IMG/VR virus record: IMGVR_UViG_3300029310_000398
Coordinates: 32,001-96,000 of that record
DNA: 64,000 nucleotides
Reading direction: 5' to 3' (one strand)
Source of the DNA: a virus
The notes under the pieces were generated by a model. The model made no database searches and had not been told where the DNA came from. It saw nothing but the letters and a program-made list of their open reading frames with translations. Position 1 is the stretch's first letter. Each line of letters begins with the position of its first letter. Shown here piece by piece: positions 26,352 to 36,800 of the stretch. A program made the position numbers and the translations under genes.

Positions 26352-27533
26352 TTACGCTGCGTAGTAAACGAAAATCTCGTGGTATCCAGCAGAGGCATTC
26401 CAACGAACCACGCAGTTGACGGCGGAAGCGCAACCCTCAGGGACTTCATCAACAGGACTCCAACGCCCAAGGCGGATGGCAGTTTCCTTAACATAATCCA
26501 CCTTCTGCTTAATTGCAGACTCAACCCATTCCTGATTCCAACAAGACTCAGGACAATCGCGCTCCAAGTAAATGGGAGGGAAATAGCTTCTGCTGCCATC
26601 CCAAATCTCAAAACCTACGCTTTCCGCGTAAGCATTTCCAGCAGCCATAGCTGCGGAACAGTCGATATCAGCCTTGGTGGGCTTGGTGGGCTCGGTGGGA
26701 GTAGTAGAACCACCACCAGTGGAACCGCTGTTGTCGTCAGAGGGCTTGCTGGGAGTAGTGCTGCCACCGTTGTTGCCGGTGTTACCGGTGTTACCGCCGG
26801 AGGGCTGGTCAGGCGTGGTAGTCTGCTTGTTGTTCTGGTAGTAGGCCCAAGCCTCGTCAGCAGTACGACCGCCGGCTGCCTTCTTGGAACCCGCGCCCCA
26901 CTGACCGTCAGCGGTCACGCCATACCAACGCTGCAGCTCCTTCACCTGAGCAGTAGTCAGGCTGCCGTTGTCATAGCTGGGAGTAGAGGGCTTCTGAGAG
27001 GGAGTCTCCGTCTTGGTGTCATTCTTGGTATCGCTCTTGTTGTCAGACTTGTTATCCGTCTTCGTGTCGGTCTTTGTGTCCGTCTTGGAGGTATCCTGCT
27101 TATTGTCAGCGGGCTTCTTCTCATCCTTCTTGGACTCGTCAACCTTGGTCTCGGTCTTCTTGTCGTCGGCCTTGACCTCATCCTTGGCATCGGTCTTATC
27201 CTCGGTCTTCTGAGCATCATCGACCTTGGGTTCCTCCGCCTTCTCATCTGCCACGTTTCCGGACTGCTCGACATAAGCGGTGATATCCTCCGCCTTGACG
27301 ACCACATTGCCATCCGCATCCAGCACATTGCCGTCCGCATCCAGCGTGAAGTCGGTCACTGCCTTGCCGTCCTTGTCCACCAGAACCTTTTCGCCGGTCT
27401 CAGTCGTCTGCACGTAGCATCCGATTTCCTCGCCGGTCTTGGTTTCCTCGCTGGCCTTGTTACCACAGGCCACCAAACTCATGGTCATCACCAGAGCCAG
27501 CAGCAGGGCCATAAAATTCTTCATCTTTTTCAT
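26352..27533 (-). CDS. lipoprotein with a low-complexity K/D/T-rich linker and a peptidoglycan-binding-like domain
   Basis: MKKMKNFMALLLALVMTMSLVACG lipobox. Linker KTDTKTDTKTDNKSDNKSDTKNDTK. LTTAQVKELQRWYGVTADGQWG resembles PG_binding_1. I chose the start at 27533 for RBS spacing; 27539 is also possible. Confidence 0.8.
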   Translation of the reverse strand: MKKMKNFMALLLALVMTMSLVACGNKASEETKTGEEIGCYVQTTETGEKVLVDKDGKAVTDFTLDADGNVLDADGNVVVKAEDITAYVEQSGNVADEKAEEPKVDDAQKTEDKTDAKDEVKADDKKTETKVDESKKDEKKPADNKQDTSKTDTKTDTKTDNKSDNKSDTKNDTKTETPSQKPSTPSYDNGSLTTAQVKELQRWYGVTADGQWGAGSKKAAGGRTADEAWAYYQNNKQTTTPDQPSGGNTGNTGNNGGSTTPSKPSDDNSGSTGGGSTTPTEPTKPTKADIDCSAAMAAGNAYAESVGFEIWDGSRSYFPPIYLERDCPESCWNQEWVESAIKQKVDYVKETAIRLGRWSPVDEVPEGCASAVNCVVRWNASAGYHEIFVYYAA

Positions 27534-27645
27534 TGTCATAGTTCCTTTCTTAAAATTCAAAATTTGCTCAGGGAATGTATTCAAATAAATGACCAGTGCG
27601 CGAGGATTTGTTCTGTGGAAACTTGACATTATTTTTGATGTGCTG

Positions 27646-27674
27646 ACTATAACACGAATATAAAAAAATGTCAA
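27646..27674 (-). promoter_or_regulatory. promoter of the lipoprotein gene (TTGACA-17-TATAGT)
   Basis: Identical at 25/26 positions to the promoter cores at 8254-8279 and 46935-46960. Confidence 0.75.
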
Positions 27675-27808
27675 GTCTCGATTTTGTAAAAATATGAATC
27701 CGAGGTGCAAAAAGCACAAGGTCTTGTGTTCCAAAAAATCTGAAACCCTTGATGTAGCAACAGCTTCAGCAGTCCACTGCCCTCCAAATTTCTCCTGAAA
27801 ATTTTTTG

Positions 27809-27840
27809 CAAAAAAATTGAGCCGGAGGTTTTCTCCGGCC
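27809..27840 (-). terminator. intrinsic terminator of adhesin gene 2
   Basis: GCCGGAG-5 nt-CTCCGGC, followed on the minus strand by TCAATTTTTTT. Confidence 0.7.
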
Positions 27841-27880
27841 CAATTTTGGGTTTCTATGAGGTTTGCTGACCCCATTTAAG

Positions 27881-30800
27881 TTATTTGTTCTTCTTGCGCT
27901 TGATGGTGGACACGACAACAACCACAACTACCGCACCCAGAGCAATCGCTCCGATTGCGATGTAGATGCCGATTCCGCTATCGCCGGTCTTGGGAGAAAC
28001 GGTGACAGTCACAGTTTGACCAGCATCATTGATATCGGTATGACTCAGGTACAGAGTGCCAGCCACGTCCTTACCGACGTACATCTCCTCAAATACGACA
28101 ATCTTCGCACCCTTGATGTTCCCCGCGTTAAAGGAGAACTTCATATCAACGGAGCCATCGGAGGTCTTCGGGGTAAATGTCAGCGTGGAGGTCACTTCCC
28201 TATCGTTCGTGTCGCGGAGCGCCACGCCCGTCTGAGAATCCATCAACTTACCAACCAGCGTGTAGGTCTGGCCGACAGTCAGACCGGAGTAGCTCACGGT
28301 ATCCACAATCACAAGGCGAGAGGCATAGCCGCTGGACTTTGCGCCATTGGCAAATGTTGCCGTCGTGCTCATGGTAGGACCGCTGCGATAATGGATACGG
28401 TCAACGGTCACGGTCTGCTCCTCATCCGTGATGTCGGCGTGAGCAGCGATACTCATGTTGTCGTAGAAGAGTTCCTCGTAGACGACAAGGGTCTTCCCTG
28501 CCACGGAACGAGCGCTGAAGATGAAGGATACGGTCGTTGTGCTATCAGCCTTTTCAGGAGTAAAGGTCGCTGTTGCGGTCAAAGGCTTATTGTCCTTGTC
28601 CATTACGGCCTTACCCTCGAACTTGTCGCCAGTCTTCACCTTCTCCATCAGAGTACCGACCAGTGTGTACTCATGGCCGGGAATGAGACCTGTGTAGGTC
28701 ACAGTATCGACCAGTTCGGCCTTTTCATACGGTGAGAAAGTCTTCTTTCCGGTGGAGGCATTGGAAGCAGATGTCTTGACAGACGGGTTTGTGAAGGTAA
28801 CGGTCTGAGCAGCATCCTCCAAGTCCTCGTGAGTTGTCAGTGCGGTTTCATCGCCCTCATTATAGAAGAGGTACTCGAAAACAACGACATCCTTACCTGC
28901 AAGGGCTTTACCATCGAACTCGAATACCACACCGACGGAACCGGAAAGCGCATCGGGAGTAAAGGATGTAGATGCTGTGACAGGATTGCCGTCCTTATCA
29001 TTCACTGCCTCGCCAGATGCCTTATCCATCAGCTTTCCGACAAGCGTATACTTGTGGGCAGCGGAGAGATGGTCATACTTCACGGTATCGACCAAAACAA
29101 CCTTTTCTGCAGGGTCGAACAGCTTTCCGCCATCGGCCTTGTTGGTCGCAGTAGTACCAACAATAATGGGAGCCTTGACGTCAACAGACTGGTCTTCGTC
29201 ATTGATATCCTTGTGAGATGCAACAACAGAATTACCATAGTACAGGTTCTCAAAAACGACCAGCGTACGTCCAAAGAAAGTACGTGCGTCGAACTTGAAC
29301 TCAACAACCACGGAACCACTCTCCGCCTCAGGCGTAAAGGTGGCCTCTGCGGTGATGGTCTTCCCTTCTGTGTTCTCTACGGGCTTGCCGGTTGCCTTAT
29401 CCATCAGAGTACCGACAACCTTGTACGTATGCCCGACGATGAGGCCTTCGTAGGTCACGGTATCCTTCAGTACGACATCAGCAGTAGGCTCAAACACCTT
29501 CGTGCTATCAGCGGCGTTCTCAGCGGAGGTCTTGATGGAAGACTTCACCACGGTCACGGTCTGGTCAGCATCCTCAATATCCTTATGAGCCGCAACAGGG
29601 TTCTTATCGTCGGCATTAAAGAACAGCTCTTCAAATACCACGATGTCACGTCCCTTTACGGAGGAGGCGTCAAACTCGATTGCAGCGACGACCGAGCCGG
29701 CAGTGCTCTCCGGAGCGAACTGCATCTCCGCAACAACAGGTACACCGTTGTTCAGCACAGGCTCACCGGTGGTCTTGTCAACCAAGCTGCTTCTCAGCGT
29801 GTAGGTGTGACCGGTAGACAGGTGGCGATACACCACGGTATCGTTGATGATAGAGGTTTCAGAGGCATCAATGAGCTTGCCCTCATCAACTGCGCTCACC
29901 GCGATAGTTCGCATAATTTCAGGGTTATGGACCGTGGTGGTTTGCTCCTCATCATTGATATCCTCGTGAGATGCAATGACAGTCCCGTTAAACAGGAGCT
30001 TCTCAAATGCCACGATAGTCTTACCGTACAGTTCGGTTGCAGCAAAGGTAAACTCGACATCGACCGTACCGCAGGCAGCTTCGGGGACGAACTCGACGGA
30101 AGCAGTTACGATGTTTCCATCAATATCCTTGATGGCTTTCCCAGTTTCCTCATCCATCAGGGTTCCGGTCACGGTGTACTTGTGTCCCACAATAAGGTTG
30201 TTGTAGAACACAGTATCCTTCAGCGTGACCGTGGTATCCGGCTCAAACACCTTACCGTTATCCCCTTTGTTCACGGCAACAGTCTGTACTTCAGGGTTCG
30301 TCACAGAGACGGTCTGGCTGCCATCGTCGATATCCTTATGGACTGCAACAGGTTCCGTATCATCGGCATTGAAGTAGATTTCCTCGAATACGACGATGTC
30401 CTTTCCCTTCATGAAAGAAGCATTGAAAGTGAACTGCATATCCACAGAGCCACTTGTTGCCGAAGGCGTGAAGGTCTGTTCGAATACAACCTCTGCTCCG
30501 CCGTTCTTGATAGGTTCACCAGTCTCCTTGTTCATCAACGTACCATGCAACGTGTATTCGTGGCCGGTGGAGAGATGCTCATAGGCGACAGTATCAGTAA
30601 TTTTTACGTTTGCTGCGGGGTCGATGAACTTACCGCCATCAAGTGTTCCAACTGCTGTCGTACCAGTGATATTGGGGTTATGGACCTGCACGGTCTGACC
30701 CTTATCATTGATATTTTCGTGAGAGGCAATCTCGGTATCGTTGTAGAAAATCTTCTCAAATACCACGAGGTCTTTGCCGAACAGCCCGGTAGCAGCAAAG

Positions 30801-33800
30801 GTGAACTCAACATCAATGCTGCCGCTGGCATCCTTTGCCTTGAAGGTCTTCTCAACTGTAATCGCATCACCATTTGCATCGACCACAGGCTTACCGGTTG
30901 CCTTATCCATCAGCGTTCCGGAAACCTTATATGTATGACCGTCAATCAGGCCAGTGAAGGAAACAGTATCCAGAATAGTGACCTTCTTTTCAGGTTCAAG
31001 CATTTTGCTGCCATCAGCCTTATTGGAAGCTGTGGTCTTAACAGTGGGTTTCGCTACCGTTACAGTCTGCCCTTCATCGTCAAGGTCTTTGTGGGATGCA
31101 ACCGCAACAGACTGCTGCTCGTAGAACAGTTCCTCGAAAACTACGATGTCCTTACCCTGCATACCCGTTGCATCGAAAGTAAACTCCATGTCGATGCTGC
31201 CGTATGCCTTCTTTGCGGTGAAGGATTTCTCAACGACAATAGGCATTCCGTTCAGCAGAACAGGCTCACCAGAAGTCTGATAAACCAGTGTCCCACGCAG
31301 CTTATAGTCATGCTTTGCTGACAGGTGTTCATACTTAACAGTATCGCGGATTACGACGTTTCCGGCTGCATCAATGAATTTTCCGCCGCCCTCGCCGTTC
31401 TCTGCGGTTGTATCAGACAGTTCAGGCATATAGAACGTTGCAGACTGGTCAACATCATTGATGTCTTCATGCTTGGCGATGATATTTCCATCATAGAAAA
31501 CAGTCTCAAACGCCACGACCGTCTTCCCAAACAGCGCTGAGGAGTCAAACGTAAAGTAGACATCAACAGAACCGTCGGAAGATGTGGGTACAAAAATCGT
31601 CTTGCCAGTGATTTCACCGTTTCCGCCAACCAGCACACGGCCAGTAGCCTTATCCATCAGGCGGCCTTCAGCAACATAGGTATGGCCGGGGATGAGATTA
31701 TGGTAGTTCACGGTATCGACAAGAACAGTAGCCAAGGAAGAGACGAAGAACTGGTTCTTGTCAGGGCTTGCGTTCATCGTCGTACCAATGCTGGGCTCGG
31801 TGACAATCACGGTCTGCGCTTCATCACGGAGGTCAGTGTGCTTTGCACAAGGCTCTGTATCATCTTCATTGAAGAATAGTTCCTCAAAGACCACAACACT
31901 CTTGCCTGCGAGCTGAGAGGCATTCAAAGTGAATGTCATATCCACGGAGCCAAAAGTCCGCTTCGGTGTAAACTTGATAGATACAACCGTGTTGGGCAGT
32001 TCTTCACCAGTTTCACCATTCATCAGTCGTCCCACCAGCGTATACTCGTGGTCAGGTGTCACATGGGAATAGGTAACGGTATCAGTGATGGAAACCTTCT
32101 TGGCTGCATCGACCAAATTGTTGCCGCCATCAGTGTTCTCAGCGCTCGTTGAGATGCTGGGCGTATTGATTTTCACGGTCTGGTTATCATCCTCAAAGTC
32201 CTTATGCTCGGCGATAATCGTACCGTTGAAAGCCAATTCCTCAAACACGACCAAGGACTGACCATAGAGCTGCGAAGCATCGAAGGTAAACTCGACTTTG
32301 ACTTTTCCGTTCACACTGCGGGCTGTAAAGGTCGTGCTGCCTGTTACGGGAGTTCCATTAGAATTCAGCACAGGAGCGCCAGTCTGCTTATTCATCAGCG
32401 TACCGGACACGGTATATTCATGTCCCTTACTCAGACCTGAATACGTCACGGTATCAATCAGTTTCACAGAACTCTTGGGGTCGAAGAACTTGGAATTGCC
32501 CTCTGCGTTCTTTGCGCTGGTCTTGATTTCCGGAGTATTAAAGGTCAAAGACTGCTTCAGGTCGTTAATGTCAGTGTGTTTGCCTGCAGGAATCTCCTCG
32601 TTTTTATTGAAGTACAGATACTCAAACACCACGAGGGTCTTCCCCGCCATATTGCTGGCATCAAAGGTAAACTCTACATTCACAGTCCCAGCAACACGCT
32701 CAGGTGTGAACGTGGTCTTGCCGGTAATCTCATTACCCTTCGCATCGAGCAGAGCCTTGCCGGTATCCTTGTCCATCAGCTTACCGATGATGGTGTACTC
32801 ATGGTCGGGAGTCAGATGGCGGTAATTCACGGTATCCACGATATGAGTCCCCTTAGCGGGGTCAATCAGGTTGGTATTGCCATCATCGTTCAGGGCCTTA
32901 GTGCTCAACTCAGGAGCGAAGAAAATGGCTTCCTGCTTCTCGTCCGTAAGGTCTTTGTGCTCGGCGATAATGGTGTTGTGATAGTACAGAGACTCAAAGG
33001 CGATAACGCTCTGGCCGTACAGAATAGATGCATTCAGCGTGAAGGTCACGTCAACGCTGCCATCCTTACTGGTCGGAACGAACTCAGTCTCGCCAGCCAC
33101 CAATTTACCGTTGCCGTCACGGATGACATCGCCGGTATCCTTGGAAACGAGGTTGCCCATCACTTTATACGTGTGACCGGGCACGAGGTCGGTATAGGTC
33201 ACGGTATCCGTGATAGTGATTTCGTTCAGGGGCTCAAAGTAGTTGTTCAGAGAGATGCTTTCGTTGATGGTCGTATGAATCGAAGGGGTATTCACAGCGA
33301 CAGTCTGGCCTTCATCATTGATGTCCTTATGGACAGCGCAAGGAGTCGTGTCAGAAGCGCGGAAATAAAGTTCCTCGTAGACGACCAGAGAATCACCGTC
33401 AAGCCCAGAAGCATCAAAGGTAAATATCATCTCGGTGCTGCCCTTAGAGGCGGTAGGCGTAAACGTGTTCGTCACGGTTACGGTACGCCCGCCAGAAACC
33501 ACAGGCTCACCGGTGCGCTTATTCATCACCGTACCAGTGATGGTGTACTCCTGACCGATGGTAAGGTGCTCGTATGCAATCGTATCCTTGATGACAACAT
33601 TCTTTGCAGGGTCAACGGACTTTCCAGTACCCTCACCGTCAATAGCGGTAGTGCCGATTTCGGGGTTATATACCTTCACGGTCTGGTTGGCATCTGCATC
33701 ATCTTCGTGAACCGTCAGCACCGTACCACGGTAGGACAGCTTCTCAAAGATAACCAGCGTATGCCCATACAACTCGGAAGCATCAAAGATGAACTCGACA

Positions 33801-36800
33801 TCTACTGTACCGGTCTTTGCCGTAGGCGTAAACGTCGTTGTGCCAGTAATGTCATTGCCGGCAGTATCTTTCAGAAACTCGCCCGTAGTTTTATCAAAGA
33901 CCTTGCCAGTCAGCAGATAGGTATGTCCCTCAACTACCTTCTCATAAGAGACAGTATCCTTGATTTTTACGCTGTACTGCGCCTCAAGGAACTTCGTTCC
34001 GTCGGCAGCATTCACTGCGTTGGTGGTAATCTCAGGAGCCTCGACCGTCACGGTCTGGTCAGCATCGTCAATGTCCTCATGCGTCGCAACAGGCACTTCT
34101 GCGCTGATAGCAACATGGTAGAGTTTCTCGAAAGCAACGAGCTGGACGCCGGCAATCTCAGTGGCGTCGAAGGTAAAGACCACATCCACCGTACCTGAAG
34201 TGGTGGACGGCGTAAAGGTTGTCTCGCCAACAATGAAATTACCATTGTCATCCTTTGCGGGCTGCTGTGTGTCCTTATCCATCATCTGCCCGCTCAGTAC
34301 ATATTTATGGCCGGGTGTCAGGTGCTTATAGGATACGGTATCAACGACAGAAACGCCAACAGAGGGGTCAACTACCTTCACGTTGCCATCGGGGTTATTT
34401 GCAGAGGTCTTGATTTCAGGGGCGTAGAAAGCTACGGTCTGGTCGGCATCCGCAATGTCCTTATGGCTTGCCACCTCGACACCATCACGATGCAGCGTAT
34501 CGAAAACAACAACAGCATCGCCGGCAATCAGAGAAGCATCAAAGGTAAAGGTCAGCTCCGTGGAACCATTGAAGTTGTCACCTGCAACAAATGTGTTTGT
34601 TGCAGTAATGCGCTTGCCGCTGCCATCCAGCAAAGGTTCACCTGTAGACTTCAGCACAAGATATCCATTCACGGTGTAGGTCTTGCCGGGGATTACATCC
34701 GTGCAGGATACTGTATCCTTGATAGTCACAGATGTCAGGGGCTCCATAGTCTTCTCCCCAGCAGCTCCCTTTGCCACGGTCTTGATTTCCGGTGTCACAG
34801 GACTATCCTTTGCCGTAACCACGATGACTTTCTTATCACCTTCCATCGTAGTGTTCTCTGCGTCAACATTGAACTCGATGGGAGTGGAATCCAGCTTGTA
34901 GCCCTTGGGCGCCGTTACCTCGACCAGCGTATAGCCTCGACCAAACGGCAGCTCCTCAGGAGTAATCAGCTTACCTTCGGCATCGGTCTTAAATGTAGAG
35001 ACAGTTGAAAGGCCATTCTTGAGAGAAACCAGATTTCCGTCGGGGTCGTAGATTTGGAACTCCGCACCACTGTAAGGAATCAGGGTGTTATCCATCGCAT
35101 CGAGCTTGACAATGCGAACAGAAGCATAGTAAGGACGGTCGTTCAAAACATAGAAGTATGTCTTACCGTTCTCGGAAATAGTGACCTCGAAACCATGGAG
35201 CATATCAGCGCTCTCAAAGTCCTTCGTCTGGTCAATGATGTATGTACCGTAAGGCAGAGCCTTGGTGGTAGCATACCCGTCCTCTCCAACAACGATATGG
35301 TCTCGGTCGGTGGTCTTCGCGTTGGCGTAACTGCCAGCAGCCTTCAGGTAGACGTCGAACTCGGCTCCAACTTCGGGAGTCACCTTTCCGGTCGGGAGAG
35401 CTTCCTCAAGGCCGGTAGCTCCCACATCGGAGTGCTTGAAAATCTTGATGTAGCCCTTGATGACTCGCTCGGTAACGCCCAAATCGGGAGCCGCATTGAT
35501 TTCGATAACGTAGTTCTTCGCCTCGGCACCGACGTGATACACACTGTCGTCCAGCAGATAGCCAACGGAAGGGACGATTTCCTTGATGGTCCAATTATCA
35601 CCACAGATGTAAACGTCCGTAGTGAACTTGCCATTGGCATCAGTGGTGTACTGCTTCACCAGCTCATCACCGTCATACAAACCGTAAACGGCACCTTTCA
35701 GCGTGGCATTACCCTGTGCTGTAGTCGTCTCATTATCACGCTTTGTGACGGTCACAGACCACTTCTTCAGCACGTTGTGGATAGATGCGGTCGTGGTCTT
35801 ATCCAGCTTTACGTCGATGCCATCCTTGACAGCGGGAATGACGTAGCGGGCGGCGGTATCAACTTCTTCCAAAGAGTAGTTATAACCGACCAGTACGTTC
35901 TCAAAGGTCGCCACGCCAGCAGCATTGGTCACGGCGGTCATATCAACGGCCTGTCCCTGTGCGGAAGTTCCCGTCAGACGGAACTTGATGCCCTCAACGA
36001 TACCATCTTCAGAGGTCTTGGTGACGCTTACTGTACCACGGGCCAGCTTATTATACACGTTGGCATTTGTGGTTTTATTCAGAGTGACCACGATACCGGA
36101 AACGACATCGGGCACAATGTATTTCTCAGCAGTGCCGACCTCCTGAATGGTATAGTTCTCACCAATCAGGACGTCAGAGAAGGTCGCAATACCCTTGGCG
36201 TTTGTAGTGGCGGTCATGTCCACTGTGTCGCCGTTACCAGCCGTGCCGGTCAAGCGGAACTTGATGCCGGACACCAAACCGTCTTCAGCAGTCTTGGTGA
36301 CTGTGACAGTACCACGAGCCAGCTTGTTGTAGACGGCGGCATCAGTAGTCTTACCCACAGTAATGGTGATACCATTCTGTGCTGCAGGAACCACATAGCG
36401 GGCAGCCGTGCCAACCTCAGTCAGCACATAGCTGTTGCCAACCAGCACATCCTTAAACTCGGCAATACCCTGTGCATTGGTGGTCGCATCCAGAGAAACT
36501 TTCGCACCGGAGGTTGATGTGCCTTCCAGATGGAACTTCACACCGGAAACCAAACCATCCTCGGAGGTCTTGGTGACACGGAGATTACCACGAGCAAGGT
36601 CGTTACGGAACGACAGCTTGGTCGTATCGTTGACCTTTACAGTCACGCCAGCCTGAACCGCAGGAACCACATAGCGAGCCGGAGTGTTGGCTTCCTGAAC
36701 CGTATACTTCGAACCGATAGGCACGTTGGAGAAGGTCGCAACACCCTTGGCATCCGTCTTAGCTGTCATGCTAACGGTCGTTCCCGCATCGGAAGTGCCG

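Noticed and set aside
28000-34800. CRISPR-like or satellite-like periodicity
   Set aside because: The period is about 380 nt, and the units are diverged in-frame coding repeats of the adhesin. There are no short identical direct repeats with unique spacers, and no cas genes.
28829-36517. Series of long plus-strand ORFs (830, 540, 487 aa and others) inside 27881-39247
   Set aside because: Same reasoning: these are mirror-frame ORFs of a GC-rich repetitive gene. They are broken into pieces, whereas the minus frame is open for 11.4 kb.
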